Shown piece by piece: positions 25,080-36,709 of a stretch of DNA of 60,000 nt. The notes under the pieces are model-generated. The model searched no databases. It had not been told where the DNA came from and worked only from the letters and a program-made list of their open reading frames with translations. Each line of letters opens with the position of its first letter. The stretch's first letter is position 1. Origin of the DNA: Malacoraja senta (lineage: Eukaryota); contig CM075989.1 of assembly GCA_038087875.1 (NCBI GenBank), forward strand, positions 10,418,001 to 10,478,000, given 5' to 3'. Both the position numbers and the translations under genes were made by a program.

Positions 25080-26895
25080 GTGACGAAGTGTACATGCTTA
25101 ATGGGCTACAAATTGAAGTGGAGCGGTATATCGCAGGTAACAATGTGTTCCATGTCTCACCCTGATGAGTTCTGCATTCTATGCTTGCTTTGAACAGAAG
25201 GTCAGTGGAATTACGTTATTTACCCCGACAGCCTCAGCTGCAAAGTAGACCAACAGTTGCTGTCGCAGATGTCAGATCGGCCTACCTGGGAGTGAACTCA
25301 GTAAGCAATTGGCCCAGATGGAATTCCCTGCTGTATCGCCAAGACTTATGCTGAGCAGTTGGCAGGAATTTTCACTGGCATCTTTAATCTCACCATGCTC
25401 CATTCTGAATTTCCCACCTGCTTTACGGAGTAACATCCTGGTGCCAAAGAAAAGCAAGGTAGAATGCCTTAATGATTACTGTGGCTCTGACATCCACCAT
25501 CATGAAGTGCATCAAGGTCATATAATAAGCCCTACCAGATATCCTTGATCCATTGCAGTTTGCCTTGTGCAACAGGTTCATACAGATGGCATCTACCTGG
25601 CTCCCACATTCATTGCTGGAACATCTGGATAATAAGGAAGAAAGGTGTCGACCCAAAACGTCGCCCATTCCTTCTCTCCAGAGATGTTACCTCACCTGCT
25701 GAGTTACTCCAGCATTTTGTGTCTACCTTGCGTAAGACTATTGATTGATAGAGATCCACCTTCATCACCATAATTCCAATCAAACTCATCTCCAAATTTT
25801 TGGACCTAGGGGTCATCCCCCTCTGCATTCCTCAACTTCCTGACCCGTAGACCACAATCGGTGAGGAAATTCAACAAAACATCCTCCATGATAATTCCCA
25901 ACACTGGTGCCCGCAAGGATGCATTCTCAGTCTCATGCAATATTCCATTTACACTCATGACTATGTGGCTGATTTCTGCAGATATCACCAGCATATTGCA
26001 TATTGGATTGGATATCGAACAATGAAGAGATGGAGTACAAGAAGGTGATAGAGAGCGAATAACATATCAAGACAATAACCTCTCCCTCAATGTCAGCAAG
26101 ATGAAGGAGCTGATGGTTGACATCAGGAAAGGAGGTGAAGTACATGTCCAAATAAGCTTCAATGGTCCGAAGTGGAGTTGGTCCAAAACCAAGATCCTAC
26201 GTGTAAATATCACCAACAATTTGTCGAGAACAAACCACATTGAAACTATGGCCAAGAAAGCAAACCCATTCCTCTCCTTTCCAAAAGATCTCGAATGTTT
26301 AGCACGTTTCTGATGATTCTTACCAACTTCTGCAGATGCATCATAGAATGCATCCTATCAGGATGATTTGGTGATAGCTGTGCCCAAGATTGCAAGAAAT
26401 TATAGAGAATTGTGGATGTAGCCCAGCTCTTCACTCAGACTAGTTTCCCTCTCCCCACCAACAACTCCATCTGCACTTGAAGCTGTTTTAGAAAAGCAGC
26501 CACCATAATTAAGTTTCATTTATATCCTGGTCATTCCCTCTTCTACCCTCAGAAGGTGCAAAAACTTGAAAGTAGGTATCACCAAATTTGGGAACATCTT
26601 TTCCCCCACTTTCATCAGACTGCTGATTGATCCTATGATAAGCTAACGATGTAGCCTCAATCTCGCAACCTACCTCATTGTGGCCCTCACATTTGTTTTA
26701 TTCTTTACTTTCTCTGTAATTGTATCGTTGTGGCACTCTGTTATTTTTGCAGTTATTTTTCTCTTTACACTACCTGTCTACCTGTTATACTTGTATATGA
26801 CTTGATTGTGCTCATGTATGTGGTTTGACAGTATAGCATGCAAACAAAGCTTTTCACTGTATCTTCGAACATGATAATAATAAACCAATACCAAT
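25080..26895 (+). mobile_element. Decayed Rex1/Babar-type LINE, with a Penelope-derived insert at ~25637-25728
   Basis: ILVPKKSKVECLNDY, LDPLQFA, NTGA.QGC.LS, N.LSLNVSKMKELMVD.RK remnants; tail ttttcactgtatct...atgataataataaacc. Confidence 0.8.
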
Positions 26896-26936
26896 ACTAA
26901 CACCACAGTCACACTCAGTGACAGTCAGGCTTAAAA

Positions 26937-27540
26937 TGATAAAGTTTGCTCCTAAAAACAGACAACAACACAAATGGTTAAAGGAAAACGAAGCCAATCT
27001 TTAATCGATCGTCAGACGGGAGTTGTGGAGTACACAACTTTGTCCAAATGTTCCCCGGGTTTCCACTCTCCGAACAAAGGAAGGTTAGTACAGTTATACT
27101 TATTTCCTATCAATAAAACACTCCTATCAAGTTTGAATATGGCATGACTGAAAGATTCTACAGCCTTTCAGAATACAAGAAAAGCTGGGTCTACATCAGG
27201 CTCCTCCAATAACAGGTTATTGCTTATCTTTGCAATGTCAGCTATATTTTGCAATCATGGCTCATAGTCCTTCTTCATGGCCTTGGACAAGCATATGTTG
27301 TTACTGCAAGCTTCCATCTTAATTTCTATATCAAAATGACAACTTTTTACTCCGTTTTGTGTTCTACATAATATCTGCAAAGTCAGCAACATTATACAGA
27401 CTTGGCACGGAGTCACTCTATTGTCCTTCATCAGACCATGCGTTCTTAGTTTCCATCTAAATTAGTAAGAAGAACGACTCCATTCTGTGAATTCTATTAG
27501 ATTTGACTGTATTAATTCTTTCATTCCCTCCTTTTTATCA
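26937..27540 (-). mobile_element. Probable solo LTR (604 bp)
   Basis: TGATAAA...TTTATCA perfect 7-bp inverted termini (TG..CA); 5-bp flanks TAAAA/TAACA; minus-strand ATTAAA (plus tttaat 27000-27005) ~65 nt from the minus 3' end. Confidence 0.6.
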
Positions 27541-28599
27541 TAACATGAAAACATTCACAGTCCTCAGTAGGTACACAATGCTCGCAAGCATTTAATAATA
27601 AAGAATAGAGCAATGATTAACAGAAAGATAAAACCATAATGTATCACAGTATCCCAAAGTCCACCGACCCAACTGTAACGCCACTTCATGATAAATTGGA
27701 ATCTTTGCCCCATGACCAAACCACGTGGAAAAGGATTACCTGGAAGGCACTGAAAATCGAAATCTCATCAGGAGCAGGTGAAAGTCATGGGATTATGGAG
27801 AATTACAACACAGAAGTAGGTTATTCGGCCCATTACACCCGAAAAGACAATCTCACCTTCCAGCCTGAGACCGGAAGCTATGCAGGTTATGGTTTTTCAA
27901 GTACACATCCAAGTACTGTTTACTGATGAGGGATTTTTTTTTTCCTATCTTTTGAAGCATAAAACATCTACCCCTTTCAGTTTGCTCTACCATTGACTAA
28001 CATCTTTTACCTTGGCTTGATTTTCTTTAACTATCCCAATAACCTTTGATTTTGTTAATATCCATAACCTATTGACATTTGTTTTGAATGACTGCCCTCC
28101 AAGGTTGAGAATTGTACAGTCACCACCCTCTGAAGATTTTTTTCTCATTTTGTTCTGAGACTGACCCTGGTTCTAGACCCCTCAGTCAGGCTGTCTAGCC
28201 CTGTAAGAATTATCAATGTTTTGATGGGATCATGTTTTATTTTTCTAAAGTCTGCTCGAGGTTGCCTTTGCTTTTTCCCTCCTTTGCTAATCCATTGGGT
28301 TGCCCTTTCTTGGTGTTCCTTGCTCTCCTAATCCCACTCAACTTGTGTCTTTCTCTAGATCTTATCCCATCTCCAGGCTTCCCTATTTAACTTAATTTTG
28401 CCCATGAGAATTTGAGGAGAGATTTGCGGAGGTTGTGGCTGAAAATAACACATGTCTAGAGAAAAAGGGAAGGAGGAAAAGGCCAAATTGGTCAGCACAG
28501 AGTTTGGATCATGGGAATTGTAAGGAAGAGTGAAGTCTGGATGGAAATATGAAAATGACATTGAGGAAAATGTAAACATTGGAACTCCAGCAAGCTGAG

Positions 28600-29290
28600 G
28601 TGGCTAAGCACGCGGACTGGCCCGATTAAAGTCCGTTCACTAATGATAAGGGGGGAGGACGTTATTACCTAGGATGGGGACATCTGGTATGATAACCACA
28701 GCGGAAAACAGGCAGTGGATCAGGGTCCCTACCTTTCCCCACCGACAGGCTTACGACCCCCACCCCCAATTGTCCACTCCTCCCAAGGCGGGGGCAGTGG
28801 CACTTAAGACAATGGGCCCTAATTATGTCCTTGTATGATAATGATTGGAATAATGAGAGTCCTGAGGACTGTGACTTTACTACCTCCCTCCTTTCTTATT
28901 TGGTTGAGACTGGCGCCTGGCATCAAGGGGGTGGCACTCCCGCTCTTGGGACTGACAGTTAAGGAATCTATAGGGACAGCCCTCAGTGCACTCGAGGGGT
29001 TGGACCATTTGATTGACCACGCCTCCTCGAGGCGACAAGTGAGGAGAATAGATGTTTCCATTCCCAGACCAGGGGGTGGAGCTAAGGGGCATCGATCCAG
29101 ATAGGAACTGTTTCTGGCCCTCCTCAGAGCAGGAGTGGATAAGGAACAGATAAACGGCGTTCCCACTAGCACCCTCTTTGTCCTTTGGGAAATACATTGT
29201 GAGAAAAAGGGGAATCATGGGCAGGATGAAGAAAACCCGGACCAAGACGAGAGCCCCCGGGAACGGAACGTGCTGGTTCCCCTAGACGAG
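28600..29290 (+). pseudogene. gag: ERV-L-like gag remnant
   Basis: IKVRSLMIRGEDVIT*DGDIWYD (28625-28693; cf. ERV-L KVRALIGKEWDPxTWxGDVWED) and ELFLALLRAGVDKEQINGVPTSTLFVLW (cf. LWxWLIxHGVPxxEIDxKPTxxLLxLY). Confidence 0.75.
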
Positions 29291-30480
29291 GGAAGTGGCC
29301 AGGGTCCCTTATCGGGTTTTATGGTGGCCCTTGCTCGACCGGGCGACCCTTGGCCTTATGCCCCTGTTACCCTCCCCGATGGTGTCGCTGTGTCCCACTA
29401 CATGCCTGAGAGGATGGTGGAACAGGCACTCCCGCTAGCTTTATGGCGGGAGAATGTCTCTTCTGAATTGCAGGTGTCGGCTACTCCTTGTGAGGAGGAG
29501 TGGAGTCTGTGGCAACAGCATGACGGACGGCGGACGAGTCTCTGCTTCTGGACAAAGACATTGCCTGATCCCGCCGCGCGATATTCGCCCTTTGAACTAC
29601 AGTTATTTGCATGTTACTTGGCACTCCTTGCTACCGAACACCTTATGGCGGGTGGGATAGTGGTTATGCGCCCTCTCTTACCTGTTATGACCTGGGTTAA
29701 GTCCGCCAATGTCTCCCATAAGGAGGAACACGCACAGCTCTCCTCTATTGTAAAATGGAAATGGTACATCTCTGATAGGGCTGAGAGAGGCCCCGAAGAT
29801 GTTAGCCGTCTGCATGAGGAGGTCATGGTCCTCCCTTTGTCCGATGACAATACTTCAGTCCGACTGTACACCGAATCCTGGGCAGTTGCCAACGGTATGG
29901 CTGTGTGGATGACACAGTGTCAGTCTCAGGGGTGGGGGATACATGGTCTGCACCAGCTAATGGCCGTGTATGGCACCACATGGGAGATTCAGTCTGAAAA
30001 CAGGTCCCACTTTACCGGTCACAAAGTATAACAGTGGGCAGTTAATAACGAGGTGCAGTGAACCCTCCGCATCTCGTATTACCCGCAAGCAGCAACGCTG
30101 GTGGAGCGTATGAATGGTCTACTAAAAAAGCAGATATGTACACTAACCTCCTCCCATACGCTCAAGGGGTAGGCCCTTGTGTTACAGCAAGCAGTAAACA
30201 ACTTGAACCAATGGCCTTTGGCAGGGGGAAACACCCATGAGCTGACATCTGGCTGTTGCAGTCAGGCCATATGACGCCACACCGACAAAAGAACATCAGG
30301 AAGACGCCCGGAAGGTGTGGGTTTCGGTCCCCGGTGGGGGACCCCCTCGCAAGGGGGAAGATGGACCCCCTCGCAAGGGGGAAGATTGCCGCAGCGCAGG
30401 GCAATACGCAGTGGCTTTTGGTGACCGGGGAGGATAAACCTAGATGTCTACCTTTACAGCACTTAACCAGGCGAGAGTGA
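29291..30480 (+). pseudogene. pol: ERV-L-like pro-pol remnant (PR start, RT sliver, tether, RNase H sliver, integrase)
   Basis: FWTKTLPDPAARYSPFELQLFACYLALLATEHL...RPLLPVMTWV...HAQLSSIVKWKWYISDRAERGPEDVSRLHEEV; LYTESWAVANGMAVW; IQSENRSHFT; YYPQAATLVERMNGLLKKQ. Confidence 0.9.
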
Positions 30481-30511
30481 GCCTGCTCCGTCTTCTCACT
30501 ACAGAACAATC

Positions 30512-30855
30512 ATGAGGCACTTCATGTGTATCGGACGATGGCATGGGCTGATACTTCTGGCAGTGCTGGCTGCTGCATCACCTGTCTGCACGGAATCAAA
30601 CACCTATCGCTTGCTCCTGCATGCGTACCTACATAAACTGATTTTGTGCGCTTGTCCCACATCACTGACAACAGGACCACTCTCGGGCTAGTAGAGGCAG
30701 GGCAGGCTATCCAAGCCCTGAGTGCTGAAATGGTGGCAATACGAACTGATCTTGGGAGTTTGGAGCTTGTGGGCATATGCCATGGCTGGTGACAGGGCTT
30801 GTTTTGGTGGTGGCATAATATTCTGCAATTGTGTGCTTCCTTACTGCCGTGTGAG
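30512..30855 (+). pseudogene. env: env remnant (signal peptide, heptad fragment, membrane anchor)
   Basis: Acceptor ctccgtcttctcactacag| at 30504; ATG 30512 MRHFMCIGRWHGLILLAVLAAASPVCTESNTY; then AGQAIQALSAEMVAIR; then WLVTGLVLVVA*YSAIVCFL in other frames. Confidence 0.6.
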
Positions 30856-31243
30856 GAGTACCAAGAGAGTGAAGGGGTGGTATTGAGCCTGTGGGCCGAA
30901 TGTAACGGGATTTGGGGTGTATGTGGTTAAGGTGAGGTGAAATTGTGTTCAAAACACCACTTTGCATGCTTGGGCTGATTAAAAGGGGCCAGTAAATCAT
31001 GGGGATGCTTGCAAGGCCATTGAGATAAGCTTTGCTTTCACAGAGACATCTGAAACTAGCTCGGTGTCTGATAGAACACATAACTCACGCCTTTATGGCA
31101 TGGATAGTTAGTTTGACACATAATCATCTCACATTCATAGAGATATAATTATTACACTGTACTTTTGATTATTATTGTTTGTATACTCATTAACATGTAG
31201 TTAGATGGACGCTAATGTAGACTGATGACTCCAAGGGTTGGAG

Positions 31244-31829
31244 TGTAGTGTAAGGGTTAGAGTGTAGTGTAAGGGTTGGAGTGTAGTGTAAGGGTTGAAC
31301 TAACAATTTCAGCTAAAATGTGAAATGGAGTTATCAGCTTAATTAGCAGCCATACATTCCACAGTCTACGAAAACAAGTTTATATCCTCGCACCTGCGAT
31401 CAGTGCATGGGAAAGGCTGCATTGGCGAACAAAATGTTTGAGTAGATGTTCCCAAACAATGTCTGGTTGAGCTGAGCAAAACAACAGCAATAGTTGGGTA
31501 GATCACCTGTGCCCCCTGCCGCAAGCACAGAAACGTTGCCGACAAGGAGGGCTTATGATTGGCTCGGGGAGGGGGCAGTGGCACGGTCTGCTCTGATAAG
31601 AATTGCCATAAAGATTGGTGTTGGGCGCCCTTTTGGGGAGAGAACCTCAGCCGTGGACTGTCGCGAACGGTGCCAGGTGATCTTGAACGAAACATCCTGT
31701 GGCGTGCTTTGCGAGTGCGTTCAGGGATATTCGGGGATACGGGAGTGTATGTGCCTTATTTAGGAGTGTAATTAAATACTGAGTGAAACAAAACTGTTAT
31801 CTGAATCCAGTGATTTATCAAACACAACG
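31244..31829 (+). repeat. 3' LTR of the ERV
   Basis: Begins TGTAGTGT after the PPT-like tract; three ATTGG (reverse CCAAT) boxes; TGATAAG TATA-like box near 31594; ATTAAA near 31771; ends ACACAACG, an imperfect inverted repeat of the start. Confidence 0.65.
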
Positions 31830-32189
31830 TGTGTCAGGGAGGACCAGTGTGATGGATTAATATGACATTGGTGAGGCAAGGCGTATTAGATTGTGGAGAG
31901 TCCAATTTGCAAAGGAATAAATGAATCTTGTAAGTGGTTACTAGACTAAACCCCCAAATTGTTGTTTCATATTCCAGCTGAGACTTGAGAAATACTGTCG
32001 TCTCAAGAAGATCTGACTTTTAAAATATTCGTTTACATGATTTGAATGTAAGCATTTAAGAATGATAGCATTTATAGTTCAACCCTAATTGCGTTTCAGG
32101 AGGTGATTTTGAGCCATCTTCTTTGACTGCTGCAGTCTTCCTAGTAAATGTACACTCGTAGTGCGGATGGGGAGAACGTTTCGGGATAT

Positions 32190-33045
32190 CGATATAGTGA
32201 TGTTTTCCCCAGTGAATCTTAATAACTTCTACAGATGCACTGTAGAAAACATCCTATTGGGTGCTTCCCAACTTGGTTCAGCAAATGCTCTGCCCAAGAC
32301 CGCAAGAAACCGCAGAGAGTTGTCAAGAGTGTTTTATTGTCACATGTCCCAGATGGAACAATGAAATGAGAAAAAAAGTTCAGTGTATACACATAACAAA
32401 CAATAATAGTGCAATAATAACAATCATAGTCTATGTTGTTCAGAGCTCATGAGGTTGTAGTGTTTAATAGCCTAATGGCTGTAGGGAAGAAGCTGTTCCT
32501 GAACCTGGACGTTACAGTTTTCAGGTTCCTATACCTTCTTCCCGATGGCAGGGGTGAAATGAGTGTGTGGCCAGGGTGGTGTAGGTCTTTGATGATGCAG
32601 TCCAGTCGATCTCGCAAACCAGGCTCCCCCACATTGACTCCATCTATACTTGATGCTGCCTGGGCAAAGTGGCCAACATAATCAAGGACTTCAGTCATTT
32701 CCTCTTCTCCCTCAGTCGTCCAGAAGAGAATACAAAATCTTAAAAGCATGTACCATCAGATTCAGGAACAGCTTCTTCCCCACTGTTATCAGGCTATCGA
32801 CAACCTCTCATAAGCTAGCCCTGAGCTCTCAACCTATCTAATTGCTACCCTTGCACCTTTTCTTTTATCTGCATTCTCACTGTAGCTATGGCTATATTCT
32901 GCACTCTGGTTATTATCCTCTTTGGACTACTTGTAACTGTGCACAGATTGATTGTACTCCATGTAATGTTTTGACTGGATAGCACACAAACCGGGTTTTT
33001 CCACTGTGTCTTGGTTTACATGACAATAATAATCCAATACCAATA
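32190..33045 (+). mobile_element. Rex1/Babar 3' remnant with an inverted Rex-type 3' piece at ~32322-32600
   Basis: NFYRCTVENIL; TIRFRNSFFPTVIRL; minus-strand LPSGRRYRNLKTVTSRFRNSFFPTAIRLLN. Confidence 0.8.
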
Positions 33046-33639
33046 TTAATGATGATGAAGGAATGGTAATATGTTTCCAAGTCAGGATTATGTACGACTT
33101 GGAGTGGATCCTGCATGTGGCAGTGTTTTCCTGTACCTGTGGCACTGTTGAGCATGACAGTTCCTTTTGGCGCATTAATTAATTTTGTTACCAAAAATTT
33201 GTTACAGCTTTGTGTTTTATTCTCTCTTCTTGCTGCCTCTGACAGATTCCTCACCTTCCCTTTGAAACGGATGGCTCCTTGCAGGATTTTGTTGACACTG
33301 CTCTGCAACTTTTCAAATGTTTTCCTTCATTAACCAGCTCTGAAATTGGTTGTAGGTAACTTGACCAAAGTCACAGACAAGGTCAATATCTCTTCAGCAA
33401 AAGAAAAGCCGCCAGAAGAACACAGTAGGTCAGACAGTATTTGCCAGACCTAATGCAAGGTCTAAACGTGAAAGACGATTATCCTTTTGCCTCCACAAAT
33501 GTTGTCTGACCTGCTGAGTTCTTCTAGCAACTTGATTTTTTACTCTGGAGTTACAACATCTTCCACCTCTAGTGTCTCAATTTATCATCTTTCACCACTA
33601 TGCGCATGTTATGCAAACACATGCCACAGATGCACCATA

Positions 33640-33905
33640 CATAAACACACACAGAGGAAAACACAAAATGCAATATTTGCATTCACACCATATATACACA
33701 TATAAACACAAAACACATATAGACACAAAACACAAACATATCGCTCAATTCAGAAACAAGTTACATAGAAAAGAACATATACACAAACCGCACATATACA
33801 AATGTACATAAAATAATCACATATATGCAGAGAAAAACACAAATACACAAGCCACTTACAAGCACAAATGCACAAAACGTGCACAGAAAATGCACAAACA
33901 CACAC
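33640..33905. repeat. CA/A-rich low-complexity tract
   Basis: Seen directly; decayed (CA)n. Confidence 0.8.
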
Positions 33906-35257
33906 TTCCTATATGAGCCACTGGTTATTGATCAACAGCCAAAACATTGACCAATATTTCACCTCCCGAGCTCAAGGACGCTGAGGCCAATTATAAGTTT
34001 TATCTCAGGTTGTAGCCATGCAAAGCAGGCACGCATCTGATTAATGGCTGCTTTACAAATGCTGATCTGCTAATTGGCTGTTTAAATAGGTCAGCTGAAC
34101 ACCTCATTACCTCCCAGCTGCTAGTCACAAGGTCTGTAAACGTTCACCCATCTGCTCCACACTATCCTATTACTGCAAAGGCTTCAGAATACATTAGTTT
34201 GTGAACGACATCATGCTTTGCAGAAGATGACTGTTTATTGATAATTGATTTGCATGGAATTTTGGATTGGGGCCATTTTCATTTATATTCCCAAATTGCA
34301 GCCCCTGCATTCAAGGGAGTAATGATCCAAGACTCTGCCAATGTGATAAGAAAGCAGATCCACGCCAACAAGAAAAGACTTAATCGCCTTTCCCATGATC
34401 CAAAGTTGAACCAGTGTAATTCCAAAAATGTAGAAAACCTTTCCTGATCATCTACTCAAATGCAGAAGTATTTAACCACAATTATGGAAATCTGTTTATC
34501 ACTTGAAGGGTAAGGTACTGTATCTCCTTCAATAAAGTATCATTATTGTTCCTGGTGGAAAGTCAGGCTTTACAGAAAGGAATGTTTACTGCATTTAGGC
34601 TCTAATGACATGGCTGTGCCACTGAACTTAATGACAATCAGATGCTTGCAAGAGAGCTGGAGTTGCCCTCATTAAAAGCACATGAGTACCTTAACCCTTT
34701 CACTGACTAACCCCACAGACACAGGCTAAGTGTTTGGATAAAATAATTATGTTCAAGGTTATGTAAGTTGTTAACAGTGGTGTGTGATAAGGCCGAAGAA
34801 GGTGATTGATTGATGACCATCTTCTGAACTAGTCCTTTGGATTGATGGTGACTTACTTCCACTAGGATTCAGTGGACTGGTGAGGCTGGCTGGTGCAACG
34901 ACGGGAGACTTTGCCACAGGTGGGGATATTTGTGAATATCATCCACACTTTTGTTTCAGAGTCAAGAAATGCTCAATGATTCCTCGATTCTCTTTTTATT
35001 GTGAGCAACATGGGACAGACTGCAACAAGTCGCTGGAAACGTTACATCTTTTTAAGGAGATTTTGTGAACATTCTTGAAGCATTTTCTTTAACTGCCTGC
35101 CAAACTCTTTTTGCAATGGAGCTCTGAATACAGTTCCAGATTTCCGAGTTGGGCATGCAGATGATGTGACGCACCCACCAGACTGGTTGACCATGACTAG
35201 AGCATCTGTGCTGCGGATGATGGCTTGGGGGAGGTTAGTTCACATATTGTTCCAATT

Positions 35258-35917
35258 AGACAATAGATGCAGGAGTAGGCCATTCAGCCCTTCGAGCCAG
35301 CACCGCCATTCAATATGATCATGGCTGATCATCCACAATCAGTACCCTGTTCCTGCCTTCTTGCCATATCCCCTGACTCCGCTATCTTACGAGCTCTAAC
35401 TAACTCTTTCTTGAAAGCATCCAGAGAATTGTCCTCCACTGCCTTCTGAGGCAGAGAAATCCACAGATTCACAACTCTCTGTGAAAGTTTTTCCTCAACT
35501 CCGTTCTCAATGGCCTACCCCTTTTTCTTATCTGTGGCCCCGGTTCTGGACTCCCCCAACATCTGGAACATGTTTCCTGCCTCTAGCATGTCCAAACCGT
35601 TAATAATCTTATATGTTTCAATAAGATTGCCTCTCATCCTTCTAAATTCCAGAATGTACAAGCCCAGCTGCTCCATTCTATCAACATATAACAGTCCTCA
35701 TCCCAGGAATTAACCTTGTGAACCTTCGTTGCACTCCATCAATAGCAAGAATGTCCTTCCTCAAATTTGGAGACCAATACTGCACACAATACTCCAGGTG
35801 TGGTCTCACTAGGGCCCTGTACAACTGCAGAAGGACCTCTTTGCTTCTATATTCAACTCCTCTTGTTATGAAGGCCAACATGCCATTCGCTTTCTTCACT
35901 GCCTGCTGTACCTGCAT
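35258..35917 (-). mobile_element. CR1 LINE 3' end
   Basis: QVQQAVKKANGMLAFITRGVEYRSKEVLLQLYRALVRPHLEYCVQYWSP; terminal tcgaagggctgaatggcctactcctgca. Confidence 0.9.
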
Positions 35918-36323
35918 GAGTTGATGGGTTTTATTTGGCAAGGTTGTTGGTGTTTCTTAATGATTTGAGGTGCCTGCTGCAGAATGTTCATATCTCTGGA
36001 CCTCCTAAAAGCACTGAGAGAGTTTGAAAATCTCTGCTGCTTGGCAGACCATAAGCTTGGTGGTGCATTTGTAATCTTAATCGTCAAGCACCTGTCTCCC
36101 CAGTTGACCGAAGGCTATGTTGCTGAGGTGGAGGTTAATTTCTTCATCAATGTCAACTCGTGAAAAAAATGGCTGTCAAGATATGGAAATTTGTTCTCCG
36201 TGATCTACTCATGGATGTTGACAATCGGAGTCATACATCACGGAAACAGGCCCTTCGGTCCAAATTTGCCCGTGCTGACCAAGATGCCCTAGCTACGTAT
36301 GCCAACTGTCTGCATTTGGTCCA

Positions 36324-36709
36324 TCTATACATACATAACTAAAACTCTGATCTTGTCCTCTTCCGGTTTTGCTTTTTTTTCTATTTGCGCAAGAACGGTA
36401 CACAATAGCGCTACGATATTCGCCACCTTGCTCACCATTCTCCTGTGCTACAAGGGCAACAAGTTTTGTTCCGATCGGTGGTGTATTTTAAAAGTTATTA
36501 AGGTTTAGAAATCTTAAAATCTGCACATGCGCAGATTGGTCTCCTCTCCTATCATCGCCGTCACGCAGATTGGTCTCCCATGAAGAGGAGGGGGAGGGAG
36601 TGCTGGGGGATGAGAGGAAATGAGCTGCGCCTGCGCAGTTGGGGGCTATGTGTGAGTGGTGTAATATTGCGTTGGGGGAGCAGACCCAACGGTTCTGCAT
36701 TTAGTCTAG
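36324..36709 (+). mobile_element. Complete non-autonomous Helitron
   Basis: 5' A|TC, 3' hairpin GCAGACCC-AAC-GGTTCTGC (36680-36698) then CTAG (36706-36709); no TSD; splits a CR1/SINE tail ttggtcca|(t)atccctctaaacc. Confidence 0.8.

Larger units (their letters stand above)
28400..31829 (+). mobile_element. Defective class III (ERV-L/ERV-S-like) endogenous retrovirus: gag-pro-pol-env remnants and 3' LTR; 5' LTR not seen
   Basis: Peptides strongly resemble ERV-L Gag and Pol as I recall them (see sub-features); PPT-like AAGGGTTGGAG|TG; LTR with ATTAAA. Confidence 0.85.

Noticed and set aside
28344..28349. TGTGTC matching the 3' flank of the ERV LTR, as a possible TSD
   Set aside because: Not followed by an LTR start or a PBS; a short match is expected by chance
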